Shown here one piece after another: positions 1-7,352 of a stretch of 49,002 nucleotides of DNA (positions are counted from its first letter, which is position 1; each line of letters begins with the position of its first letter). Origin of the DNA: a virus (lineage: Duplodnaviria; Caudoviricetes). The stretch lies in IMG/VR virus record IMGVR_UViG_3300049142_000071, positions 1 to 49,002 of that record, one strand, 5' to 3'. The position numbers were made by a program, and so were the translations under genes. Under the pieces are notes generated by a model. The model was not told where the DNA came from, did not search any database, and saw only the letters and a list, made by a program, of their open reading frames with translations.

Positions 1-3
1 CTG

Positions 4-45
4 TCGGGGTGGCGGGATTTGAACCCACGACCTCTTCGTCCCGAA
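4..45 (-). other. Attachment-site core: duplicated 3' half of tRNA-Pro(CGG), not an intact tRNA
   Basis: Minus strand reads TTCGGGACGAAGAGGTCGTGGGTTCAAATCCCGCCACCCCGA: anticodon loop CGG, T-arm GGTTCAAATCC, acceptor 3' strand. The upstream sequence (CCGCTA...) cannot form the 5' anticodon stem or D-arm. Confidence 0.9.
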
Positions 46-391
46 TAGCGGGGGCCTGGAAGTTGCGGCGTGGCCCTATGTCGTCTGACCTGCACTGTAG
101 CGCGCGAACGCCCTGGTCAGGGTCGTCATTTCGGAGAAGGCTTCCGAACCCCCGACCGCTGGGGAACTCGTGAGATACCTCTGACACACCTCTCGATCCT
201 CCAAGATCACACCCCGCTGACACCCAGAATCCGCACAAGTAGCTGAGAAGTCTCCGCAGCTCAGGGGCCAGAGAAGACGAGAGCGGCTCCCCACCGTACA
301 GAGGGGAGCCGCTGCTCGACTACCGGGCCCCAGAGGGGGCCAGCCATGGGCCCGGATCACAGGCGTGCGGCCGGACCGCCCCTGTGGCGCT

Positions 392-455
392 TGTCCTAAA
401 ACTCGGACAGCTCGAATATGGCAGGCCCCGCGCGCTCTGTCCAGTTTCTCGGACA
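392..455. promoter_or_regulatory. Two putative repressor operators TGTCC-N8-GGACA
   Basis: TGTCCtaaaactcGGACA (392-409) and TGTCCagtttctcGGACA (438-455), upstream of the XRE gene. Confidence 0.6.
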
Positions 456-624
456 ACAACCCGCCATACGCGTCAAAGGTCCGCACCTGCCCTGGCATCC
501 TGTCGCGGGGCGACAGACACTGGTGCGCCTATGCGTGTCACATCGAGTGCACGCTGAGCGGCAACCGGGAGACAGCACGTAATGCTGGGGGTGTGACCGG
601 ATGACACGCGAGGAGACGGGGATC

Positions 625-1044
625 ATGACTGAGGCAACGCAGACGGGGGGAGGCCCTCTCTCCGATCTCGTGCGCAAGCGGAAGGACGAGCTCGGGCTCA
701 CACTGCGGCTCCTGGAGGAGCGGTGCGTGGATCCGCACCCCGACCCCAATAGCGGGCAGGAGGCCGGCCCTCTGTGGGGTCGAAGCACGCTGAGCCTGCT
801 GATCAACGGGGAGCGCATCAAGCCGCCGAGTCCCGCCAAGATCCGCGCCCTGGCGGCCGGCCTGGATCTGTCTGTCGACGACGTGCGTGAGGCTGCCGGC
901 AAGCAGTTCTTCGGGGTGGACACCCTCAGGACCGGGGATCGCAAGGTGCGGGCCTTCGTGAGGGACTTCGAGGGGCTGAGCCCTGAGGACCAGCGAAAGG
1001 TCTGGGACCTCCTCGAAGCGCACCGCCCAGTGCGGGATGAGTGA
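625..1044 (+). CDS. XRE-family HTH protein, probable immunity repressor
   Basis: LSDLVRKRKDELGLTLRLL...GRSTLSLLING...PSPAKIRALAAGLDLSVDDV HTH pattern. AGGAG lies upstream of ATG 625. Next to att and opposite to the lytic genes. Confidence 0.75.
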   Translation: MTEATQTGGGPLSDLVRKRKDELGLTLRLLEERCVDPHPDPNSGQEAGPLWGRSTLSLLINGERIKPPSPAKIRALAAGLDLSVDDVREAAGKQFFGVDTLRTGDRKVRAFVRDFEGLSPEDQRKVWDLLEAHRPVRDE

Positions 1045-1231
1045 ACTTCCAGCCAACTACCCCGACCGTCCCTGTAGTTGAGCAGTGCTCATTACGCGCT
1101 GTGCTTTACCTATTGGCTGAAAGTCACCACTCGGTGCATGATGGGCGTTCGCCTGGGGGGCGAAGTGATTGGTGATCTGTGCTGCCTGCTCGGTGCTGGG
1201 GCAGGCCAGCGCAGACGAGCATGGGGGCTAC

Positions 1232-1747
1232 ATGCCAGACGAGCAGACACCATCCATCGTGTATCACCTCGATTTCGCTGGACGTATCCCAAAGGGCCAG
1301 GTCATCCACGTTGACGACCACCCCGGCGGCCAGGCCGACGTGTACTTCCACCCGCTCCACGTCCGTGAGCCCCTCGTGTGGGAGCTGAACTGGCTGAGCC
1401 TCAACCATGTAGGCCTCGGGTACTGGCGACAGCGATCGACGCACGAGAGCCAGGTACACGAGGACGCAGAGAACCTGAACATCGCCGAATCGGCATGGAA
1501 AATCGTTCCTCGCAGCAGGATGCCGGCAGGCCGACGGATCTTCTTCGTCGAGAACAAGGGGACGTGCCTCTGGCTCATCCGCTCCGGCTCCTGCACTGTC
1601 ACGGTGCAGAACGAGATGAACCGCATGCTCCTTCGAGCCGCCGGCGACGGCCTCTGGGAGCAGTCCTGGGATGACGGCCAAGAACTCCCGATAGCCAGAC
1701 CCTGCGTCCCCCTCGTCGTGCCTCCGCTCGTACCGACCTCGGTCTAG
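1232..1747 (+). CDS. Hypothetical protein with an internal two-fold repeat
   Basis: ORF with GGGGG upstream of ATG 1232; two R[IM]PxG..E[LM]N..GxGxWxQ units; followed by a terminator. Confidence 0.7.
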   Translation: MPDEQTPSIVYHLDFAGRIPKGQVIHVDDHPGGQADVYFHPLHVREPLVWELNWLSLNHVGLGYWRQRSTHESQVHEDAENLNIAESAWKIVPRSRMPAGRRIFFVENKGTCLWLIRSGSCTVTVQNEMNRMLLRAAGDGLWEQSWDDGQELPIARPCVPLVVPPLVPTSV

Positions 1748-1768
1748 CTGGGTCCCCCTCCCGCACCG

Positions 1769-1801
1769 CAGCGCCCCCGGCCATGAAGGCCGGGGGCGCT
1801 G
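1769..1801 (+). terminator. Intrinsic terminator hairpin
   Basis: CAGCGCCCCCGGCC-atgaa-GGCCGGGGGCGCTG, perfect 14-bp stem just after the 1747 stop. Confidence 0.8.
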
Positions 1802-1896
1802 TTGTCCCTCCAGACTGCCTGGGGGGCTCGTACAGGAGGGACGTCCGCGAAGGGGGGTGTAGCGACTACTTCCCTGCCCCCTTCAAGATCACACAA

Positions 1897-1914
1897 ATTA
1901 GGGTCAGCCCTAAT
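1897..1914. promoter_or_regulatory. Palindromic putative operator
   Basis: ATTAGGG-tcag-CCCTAAT in an AT-rich stretch about 35 nt upstream of the small XRE gene. Confidence 0.5.
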
Positions 1915-1947
1915 CCCTTTTGATCATGCCGTCGTAAGCGTGGACGC

Positions 1948-2184
1948 GTGCCACGACCCACCCCGCCCGACGAACGGGTCATCGTCCGCCGCCGCCAGGT
2001 CGGGGAGCAGATCCGCCGTGTGCGCGAACACCACAACCTCACCCAGCAGGCCGTGTGCGGACGGTCCGGGATCGACCTCGCGACGTACAGCCGCATCGAG
2101 CAGGGTCACGCGAGCCCACTCCTCGACACGCTGATCCGCATTGCCGACGCGATCGGTGTCGAACTCGCCGAGCTCGTCCGCTGA
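1948..2184 (+). CDS. Small XRE/Cro-C1 HTH regulator
   Basis: VGEQIRRVREHHNLTQQAVCGRSGIDLATYSRIEQG..SPLLDTLIRIADAIGV is a canonical HTH_3 pattern. Confidence 0.9.
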   Translation: MPRPTPPDERVIVRRRQVGEQIRRVREHHNLTQQAVCGRSGIDLATYSRIEQGHASPLLDTLIRIADAIGVELAELVR

Positions 2185-2221
2185 GCGGCCCCCGCTTCAC
2201 AACCAGCCGGAGGGGCGAGTC

Positions 2222-3355
2222 TCAGATCACTGCGCGCCAGCTACCCCTGGCCAGCCGGGTCTGTCCGTCTGGAGTGATGAGCACACGGGCTCCTCTCACC
2301 GGTAGCTCGCCGTGCTGAAGCCAGTAGGCGCGCAGCTCGTCGAGAATGTCCCACAGCCGTCGGGGCCCACTCTGGTGAACGACAGTGTTTCCGCCGGCGT
2401 CAGTGACGGCGCGCGCCCATGAACCGTCAGGGTGCGCCATGACAGCTGTGCGCCGGCCTTCCTGCTCGCGGTAGTCGTGCGCGATGCCGGGGGCAGTGAG
2501 GCCGAGCATCGAGTCGAGGTCCCATGCATTGGCCACGTCCACGACCGGGTACGGGCTCGTCGTCACGTCCTCGCCTTCGAGGTCGTGCGCAGCGGCGAGC
2601 AGGCCGCTCAGGCCGGGCGGGTAGTCGGCGGCGTGCCGTGCGTGCATGAAGCCGGCGCGGTCCCACTCGACGCGGCCCTCGGCACTTCCGTCCGCCCTCT
2701 TCTCCGCAGTGATGAGCAATGACGTTCCCGCGAGGGTGGTGACCAGTCGCCCCCCGGTGCAGAGCGCTTGGAGCCAGCTCTCTGGGATGCTGCGGACGGC
2801 GACCGTCGCGACGATGCGGTCGAAGCTGTTCTCCGTGAAGGGCAGAGGGCCGGTCGCGTCGACGGCCTGGACGGTGGGATGGAGCCCGATCAGGTCCAGG
2901 CGGTCACGCGCTATCTCGGCGAGGTAGCTGTCGACGTCTACGCTCTTGACCGCTTCTGAGCCGAGGCGCCGCGCGGCGAGGGCGGTCCCGTATCCGCTGC
3001 CGGTGCCAACGTCGAGCAGCTCGTCACCGTCGTCCATCCGTGCGTGTTGGAACATGCGCACGACGAGACTCGGTAGCGTCGCCGAGGACGTCGGCCGGCC
3101 CGTCGGGTGGTCGTCAGCCTTGGCTTGGTCTGCGTGCAGGGGGCCGACCTGAGTCACGAGCGACCGGTCAGCGTACGCGGCGCGGAACCACTCGGTGTCC
3201 GTGACCGCCTCGCGCAGCGTCCACCGTCCGTCGTCGACCTCCCACCACTGGGGGATGAACAAGTGCCTCGGAGTGCGGGCCACTACCGGACGCCACCGCG
3301 ACGTCCTGTGGGTGACGCTGTCGGCCAGGTTTACGGCGGCTGTTTCCCAGATCAC
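2222..3355 (-). CDS. RiPP-associated protein-L-isoaspartate O-methyltransferase (PIMT) homologue, TgmC/FxlM/OlvS-like
   Basis: PRHLFIP, PTSSATLPSLVVRM, SAM motif LDVGTGSGYGTA, FDRIVAT, GGRLV, and a long C-terminal domain with HQSGPRRLWD. GTG 3355 overlaps the radical SAM stop (GTGA). Confidence 0.85.
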   Translation of the reverse strand: MIWETAAVNLADSVTHRTSRWRPVVARTPRHLFIPQWWEVDDGRWTLREAVTDTEWFRAAYADRSLVTQVGPLHADQAKADDHPTGRPTSSATLPSLVVRMFQHARMDDGDELLDVGTGSGYGTALAARRLGSEAVKSVDVDSYLAEIARDRLDLIGLHPTVQAVDATGPLPFTENSFDRIVATVAVRSIPESWLQALCTGGRLVTTLAGTSLLITAEKRADGSAEGRVEWDRAGFMHARHAADYPPGLSGLLAAAHDLEGEDVTTSPYPVVDVANAWDLDSMLGLTAPGIAHDYREQEGRRTAVMAHPDGSWARAVTDAGGNTVVHQSGPRRLWDILDELRAYWLQHGELPVRGARVLITPDGQTRLARGSWRAVI

Positions 3356-4257
3356 GCGGACGCTCCGAGGGCGGGCGCAGGTGCGAAGTCGTATGCAGGA
3401 TTGCACGCTTCGGTGCTAGCAGGGTCGCAGTCGCCCGAGTCGTCCGGCGGGCAGGCGTTGCTGGGCGCCGGTACAGCGTCGGTGAGTTCCTGCCATCGGT
3501 CGCTGCGAAGAATGTCAGCGAGGCGCTGTTCGCGGACGTTCCCGGCTACCAGGAAGCGCGACAGGATGCAGCCGGACACGGCACCGTTGGGGTCGACGGA
3601 TACGCGGTAGCGGAAGCAGTTCCCGCACAGTTCCGAGGTGCTCGGGATGGACCTGGAGTCGGCGGCGCGGCCCACCATGCGTGCGCGGTCGATCTGGATC
3701 CGGGAGACGCCCAGGGCCTGCAGCTCTGCCTGCGCCTGGGCGACACGCTGCCCTTCGAGAACCTCGACGATGCCGACGCGGAGGGGGATTCCCCGCCGGA
3801 CAGCCTCGGTGATGTTGCCGCGAGTGCGCTTGAAGCTGCCAGGCCCGTTGGTGATCTGCTCGTGTTCTTCTGCGCGGTCGCTGTAGTAGCTGGTGGCGAG
3901 GCAGACCCCGGGCCGCTCGAACGCGGACCACAGGCCGGGGCGGACGTGGGTGAGGTTCGAGTACACCTCAACCCGGAGTCCGGCCGACAGGGCGTGGTCG
4001 ATGTACTGCGGCAGGTGCGGGGAGAGAGTCGGCTCGCCCCCGATGAACTGGACAGCCGGGATGCCGAGCTCGGCGACGTCGCTGATGACCTGTTCCCAGT
4101 CCGTACGGCGCATGTTCCCGGCGCTGACCTTCGGGCCGGAATCGGTACAGCAGTGTGTGCACTGGAGTTGGCAGGTGCCGGTGATCTCCAGTTCGACGGA
4201 GCGGATCGCGGCCGTGATCGCGTCGACACCCGTGTGGGGGACAGCGACAGTCGTCAT
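3352..4257 (-). CDS. Radical SAM protein with Twitch/SPASM-like domain and Cys/Asp/Pro-rich C-terminal tail
   Basis: CQLQCTHC (CX3CX2C), FIGGEPT, LCGNC...VDPNGAVSGC...GNVRE. RBS AAGGAG upstream of ATG 4257. Confidence 0.92.
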   Translation of the reverse strand: MTTVAVPHTGVDAITAAIRSVELEITGTCQLQCTHCCTDSGPKVSAGNMRRTDWEQVISDVAELGIPAVQFIGGEPTLSPHLPQYIDHALSAGLRVEVYSNLTHVRPGLWSAFERPGVCLATSYYSDRAEEHEQITNGPGSFKRTRGNITEAVRRGIPLRVGIVEVLEGQRVAQAQAELQALGVSRIQIDRARMVGRAADSRSIPSTSELCGNCFRYRVSVDPNGAVSGCILSRFLVAGNVREQRLADILRSDRWQELTDAVPAPSNACPPDDSGDCDPASTEACNPAYDFAPAPALGASA

Positions 4258-4397
4258 GTGCTTCTCCTTGTGAAGGGGGGCAGCCCCGCCCTGGGGCGCG
4301 GGCGTCGGAGGATGCGACCCTGACCCTGCGGTCGCCATGGGGCCCACGTCACTGGGGTGCGTCTTCAGTGGCGCCGGGCGTCTACCGCGAGTGATCG

Positions 4398-5219
4398 TTA
4401 GTTCGCCTTCGGGCAACAGGGGCACGGCTGCCCGGCTGGCATGTGCGCGGCTCCCGTGCACGCGTGGTCGCCGCCGAAGATCCGCGCCGTCGCGCACGGC
4501 TCGCACGGCAGGACAGCTTTCGAGAGGCGCTTCAGCAGTCCGGCATACCGATGGCCGTTGCGGACCAGGCGCCACAGGGCACGTCCGGTCTCGCACTTCT
4601 CGGCATCGTCGACGCACTGCTCGCACTGCGGGGCGTGCTTGTGAAGGGCACCGAAGGCAGCACTTCCGGAACAGGCCTTGCAGCCGCGGGGGAACCAGTC
4701 GTAGGCCCCGTCCAGGCGTCCCTTGCGGCGGGGGCCTAGGTCGACGGCGGTCTCGGCGGTGAGGATGACGCCGCACCAGACGCAGGCCTTCCCGCGGACT
4801 TGGCCCTCGGACAGCACAGAGAGGGTTGGGAGCACGAGGAGGGCGAGCGCCTGGCGGGCGCCGTTACTGTCCTCCAGCGCGGCCTGGAGGGCGCGGGGGT
4901 CGGTGATCCATCCGTCGGTACCGGGGCAGACGCGCCAGTGCGGGCCGCGGCCCTCGGTGAGCCGTGCCGGGGGAATTGCCACGGTCGATCCCTCACCGAG
5001 CGCGCGGGTGCCGGCCACTTCCCACCGCGCGGCCGTGCCGACGGGGGTGAAGAAGTACAGGAGTGAGGTGAGGGGGTCGTCGACAACCGCTCCGCAACGT
5101 GAGCCAAGGATGGCGACGGCCGATACTCCGACGGTGCGCGGTACGCGGATGACGTCCCAGTCCTGTCCGGCCTCTTCGAGCGTGCAGCCTGCGGCGGACG
5201 GTAAGCGCGTGGTCGGCAT
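4398..5219 (-). CDS. Hypothetical protein: N-terminal Streptomyces-type domain plus Cys-rich putative Zn-binding region; TTA codon at residue 6
   Basis: RBS GAGGAG; motifs CVWC, CKAC, CEQC, CEPC, CPCC. Confidence 0.75.
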   Translation of the reverse strand: MPTTRLPSAAGCTLEEAGQDWDVIRVPRTVGVSAVAILGSRCGAVVDDPLTSLLYFFTPVGTAARWEVAGTRALGEGSTVAIPPARLTEGRGPHWRVCPGTDGWITDPRALQAALEDSNGARQALALLVLPTLSVLSEGQVRGKACVWCGVILTAETAVDLGPRRKGRLDGAYDWFPRGCKACSGSAAFGALHKHAPQCEQCVDDAEKCETGRALWRLVRNGHRYAGLLKRLSKAVLPCEPCATARIFGGDHACTGAAHMPAGQPCPCCPKAN

Positions 5220-5286
5220 CGATGGCTCCTCGGGGCGCCTGGTGGATCAGGTGCGTACAAGGGTGGCCCTGTCGTTGGGGCATGCC

Positions 5287-5369
5287 GAGGACTTGCAGAG
5301 GTCTTTTCGCTGCCGTAAAGAGGACTTTCGTGCGCTCGGTAGGGTGGCGGCTGGCCAATTGGAGGACTC
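5287..5369. promoter_or_regulatory. Direct repeats GAGG(A/T)CT(T/C) in the divergent promoter region
   Basis: Copies start at 5287, 5298, 5320 and 5362 (spacings 11, 22, 42). Confidence 0.55.
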
Positions 5370-5410
5370 GGGGCGACACTTGCGGCAGTGCTCACCACGG
5401 AGGTGCATCA

Positions 5411-6625
5411 GTGGCACGCCCCGCAGGAAACCGTCGCCTCAAGGCCGCACGCCTCGCGGCTGGTTACCACTCTCAGCAGGCCCTCGCCGATGTCCTCAAG
5501 GTCGGCGTTCGGCAGGTCCGCCGGTGGGAATCCGAGGCGCCGCCCTGGCCACAGCCTGAGGTAGCCCAGGCTCTCACACGGGTCCTGGGACAGGAGTTGG
5601 AAGCGCTCGGATTCACCCCGCCCGGCGGTGTCCCAGCCGGGCCCCGCCGCACGGTGCTGGCTGCGACTGGAGGGCTCGCCGCGGTCCCTACCCAGACCGT
5701 CGCAGTGCAGCCCGCGACCGCGGCCGACGACTACGCGGCGGTCACCCGCTCGCACCGGCGGCTGTACTGGTCTGTCGCGCCGGCCACCCTGCACCCTGCC
5801 GCGCTCGCGCACGCCACCTTCGGCTGCGCCCTGCTGCCGGAGACCGTCGGCCAGACCCGGACGCGCATCGCCGCGGCCCTCGCCGAGACCTGGCTGCTGA
5901 GCGGAAGGATCGAGTTCTTCGACATGCGCGACGCCGACCGCGCGCAGCAGACCCTGCTCCGTGCTCTCCAGGCTGCGGGCGAGGCTGACGATCCGCTGCT
6001 CGGCGCCGCGATCCTCGCGCACACCGCGTTCATCCCTGGGTGGGCCGGTGAGCGGGAGGCCGCAGTCGAGCGCATGGTGGCCGCGCGCACCTACGCCCGC
6101 CGCGGCCCTGCGTCGGCCGAGCTGCTGGCGTGGCTCGACGCCGTCGAGGCCGAATGCGAGACCCGGTGCGGCAACACCAGGACCGCGCTGCACCTGATCG
6201 GTCACGCCGAAGACGTCCTCGCCGCTGGCTCAGAGCACAGCTCGCCTGAATGGCTCGACTGGTTCAGCCCGGTCCGGCTGTCGGCTTTCAAGGGGAACAC
6301 CCAGCTGAAGGCGCGGCATCTGCCGCAGGCCCGCGAGACCCTGCTCGGCGTCCTGGACGCGCTCGACCCGGCCGAGGAGAAACAGGCGACGGTCGTGCTC
6401 GGCGACCTCGCTGCCGTCGAGGCGGCCGCCGGTGACCCGGAGGCCGCGTGCGGGTACGCGCTGAGGGCGCTCGATCAGCTCGAGCGGACGTGGTACGCCA
6501 TGGGCATGGACCGGGTGCGCGAGGTGCGGCGCACCCTGGCGCCGCACCAGCACGAGCAGTGTGTCCGCGACCTCGACGACCGCCTCTACGGCTGGTCGAC
6601 GACCGTCAGCGCGCTCAGCCGTTGA
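5411..6625 (+). CDS. XRE HTH transcriptional regulator with TPR-like helical C-terminal domain
   Basis: NRRLKAARLAAGYHSQQALADVLKVGVRQVRRWES HTH, followed by Ala/Leu-rich helical repeats. RBS GGAGG upstream of GTG 5411. Confidence 0.85.
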   Translation: MARPAGNRRLKAARLAAGYHSQQALADVLKVGVRQVRRWESEAPPWPQPEVAQALTRVLGQELEALGFTPPGGVPAGPRRTVLAATGGLAAVPTQTVAVQPATAADDYAAVTRSHRRLYWSVAPATLHPAALAHATFGCALLPETVGQTRTRIAAALAETWLLSGRIEFFDMRDADRAQQTLLRALQAAGEADDPLLGAAILAHTAFIPGWAGEREAAVERMVAARTYARRGPASAELLAWLDAVEAECETRCGNTRTALHLIGHAEDVLAAGSEHSSPEWLDWFSPVRLSAFKGNTQLKARHLPQARETLLGVLDALDPAEEKQATVVLGDLAAVEAAAGDPEAACGYALRALDQLERTWYAMGMDRVREVRRTLAPHQHEQCVRDLDDRLYGWSTTVSALSR

Positions 6626-7268
6626 ACTCGGCGATCAGGCCGGGCAGTTCCAGGAGGCTCTCGACCCTGAAGGTCGGGAGCTTCTCCGCTTCCTCAGTCC
6701 GCCACTGGATCGTCGCCCACGGACCACGGTGTACGAGGGCCGTGTGCATCCCCGCGGCGACGGCCGGGCGGAGGTCGTTGTCGACTCGGTCGCCGACGTA
6801 GAGGATCTCGTCGTTGGCGACCGGGGTGACCTCGGCGACCCGACGGAAGAACTCTGGGTCTGGCTTGCTGGCGCCCCAGTCGTCCGAGGTGCCGATCAGG
6901 TCCACATCGTCCGTGAACAGCTCGCGCAGCAGCTTCCCGGCGCGGACCGTCTGGTTGCCCGCGATCCCGAGCCACAGGCCATCCGCCCGCAGTTGGTGCA
7001 GGGCGGGGCGCACGTCGGCGTACAGGTCCTCTTCGCCGAACGTCTCGGGCTGGCCGGCGGCGGCCCGCTTCTCTCGCTCGTCATATAGGTCGAAGCCCGG
7101 CCGGAATTCCTGGAAGGTCTCGCGGTAGTCGCGCCCCTGCGCGATGACTGCCCCAAACATCGAGTGGAAGGTATGGCGGGGTACGCCGAGCCAGTCGGCC
7201 CAGGTCCCGTACTCCCGAGTCTCGTCCACCAAGCACTCGCCGACATCGAACACCACTGCACGAATCAT
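6615..7268 (-). CDS. HAD-superfamily hydrolase/phosphatase
   Basis: Motif I VVFDVGECLVD, SKPDPEFF, and motif IV YVGDRVDND. Confidence 0.92.
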   Translation of the reverse strand: MIRAVVFDVGECLVDETREYGTWADWLGVPRHTFHSMFGAVIAQGRDYRETFQEFRPGFDLYDEREKRAAAGQPETFGEEDLYADVRPALHQLRADGLWLGIAGNQTVRAGKLLRELFTDDVDLIGTSDDWGASKPDPEFFRRVAEVTPVANDEILYVGDRVDNDLRPAVAAGMHTALVHRGPWATIQWRTEEAEKLPTFRVESLLELPGLIAEFNG

Positions 7269-7275
7269 GGGGGGC

Positions 7276-7281
7276 AGCGTA
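7276..7281 (-). promoter_or_regulatory. Putative -10 element for leaderless HAD transcript
   Basis: Minus strand TACGCT-gcccccc-ATG: TANNNT 7 nt before the start, no Shine-Dalgarno. Confidence 0.55.
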
Positions 7282-7293
7282 GTCGGGCACGAC

Positions 7294-7329
7294 GAAAGGC
7301 CCCCTCCCGCCCGAAGGGCGGAAGGGGGC
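7294..7329 (-). terminator. Terminator ending the late operon
   Basis: GCCCCCTTCCGCCC-TTC-GGGCGGGAGGGGGC followed by CTTTC on the minus strand, just after the tailspike stop. Confidence 0.75.
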
Positions 7330-7352
7330 GCTGTCGATGCTGCGTGGCGGGG

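Noticed and set aside
1-80. Intact tRNA-Pro gene
   Set aside because: Only the anticodon loop to the 3' end is present; the 5' half is replaced by unrelated sequence.
4258-4397. Separate RiPP precursor ORF upstream of the radical SAM gene
   Set aside because: The only short ORF I found (VTWAPWRPQG..., about 32 aa) has no RBS and no Cys or Asp. The ATG in the gap is in frame with the radical SAM gene.
4258-4776. 474-aa version of the radical SAM protein, and other over-long ORF-track starts (10103, 27739, 45995)
   Set aside because: The extensions overlap real upstream genes and are low-complexity. Downstream starts have a clear RBS or stop-start coupling.
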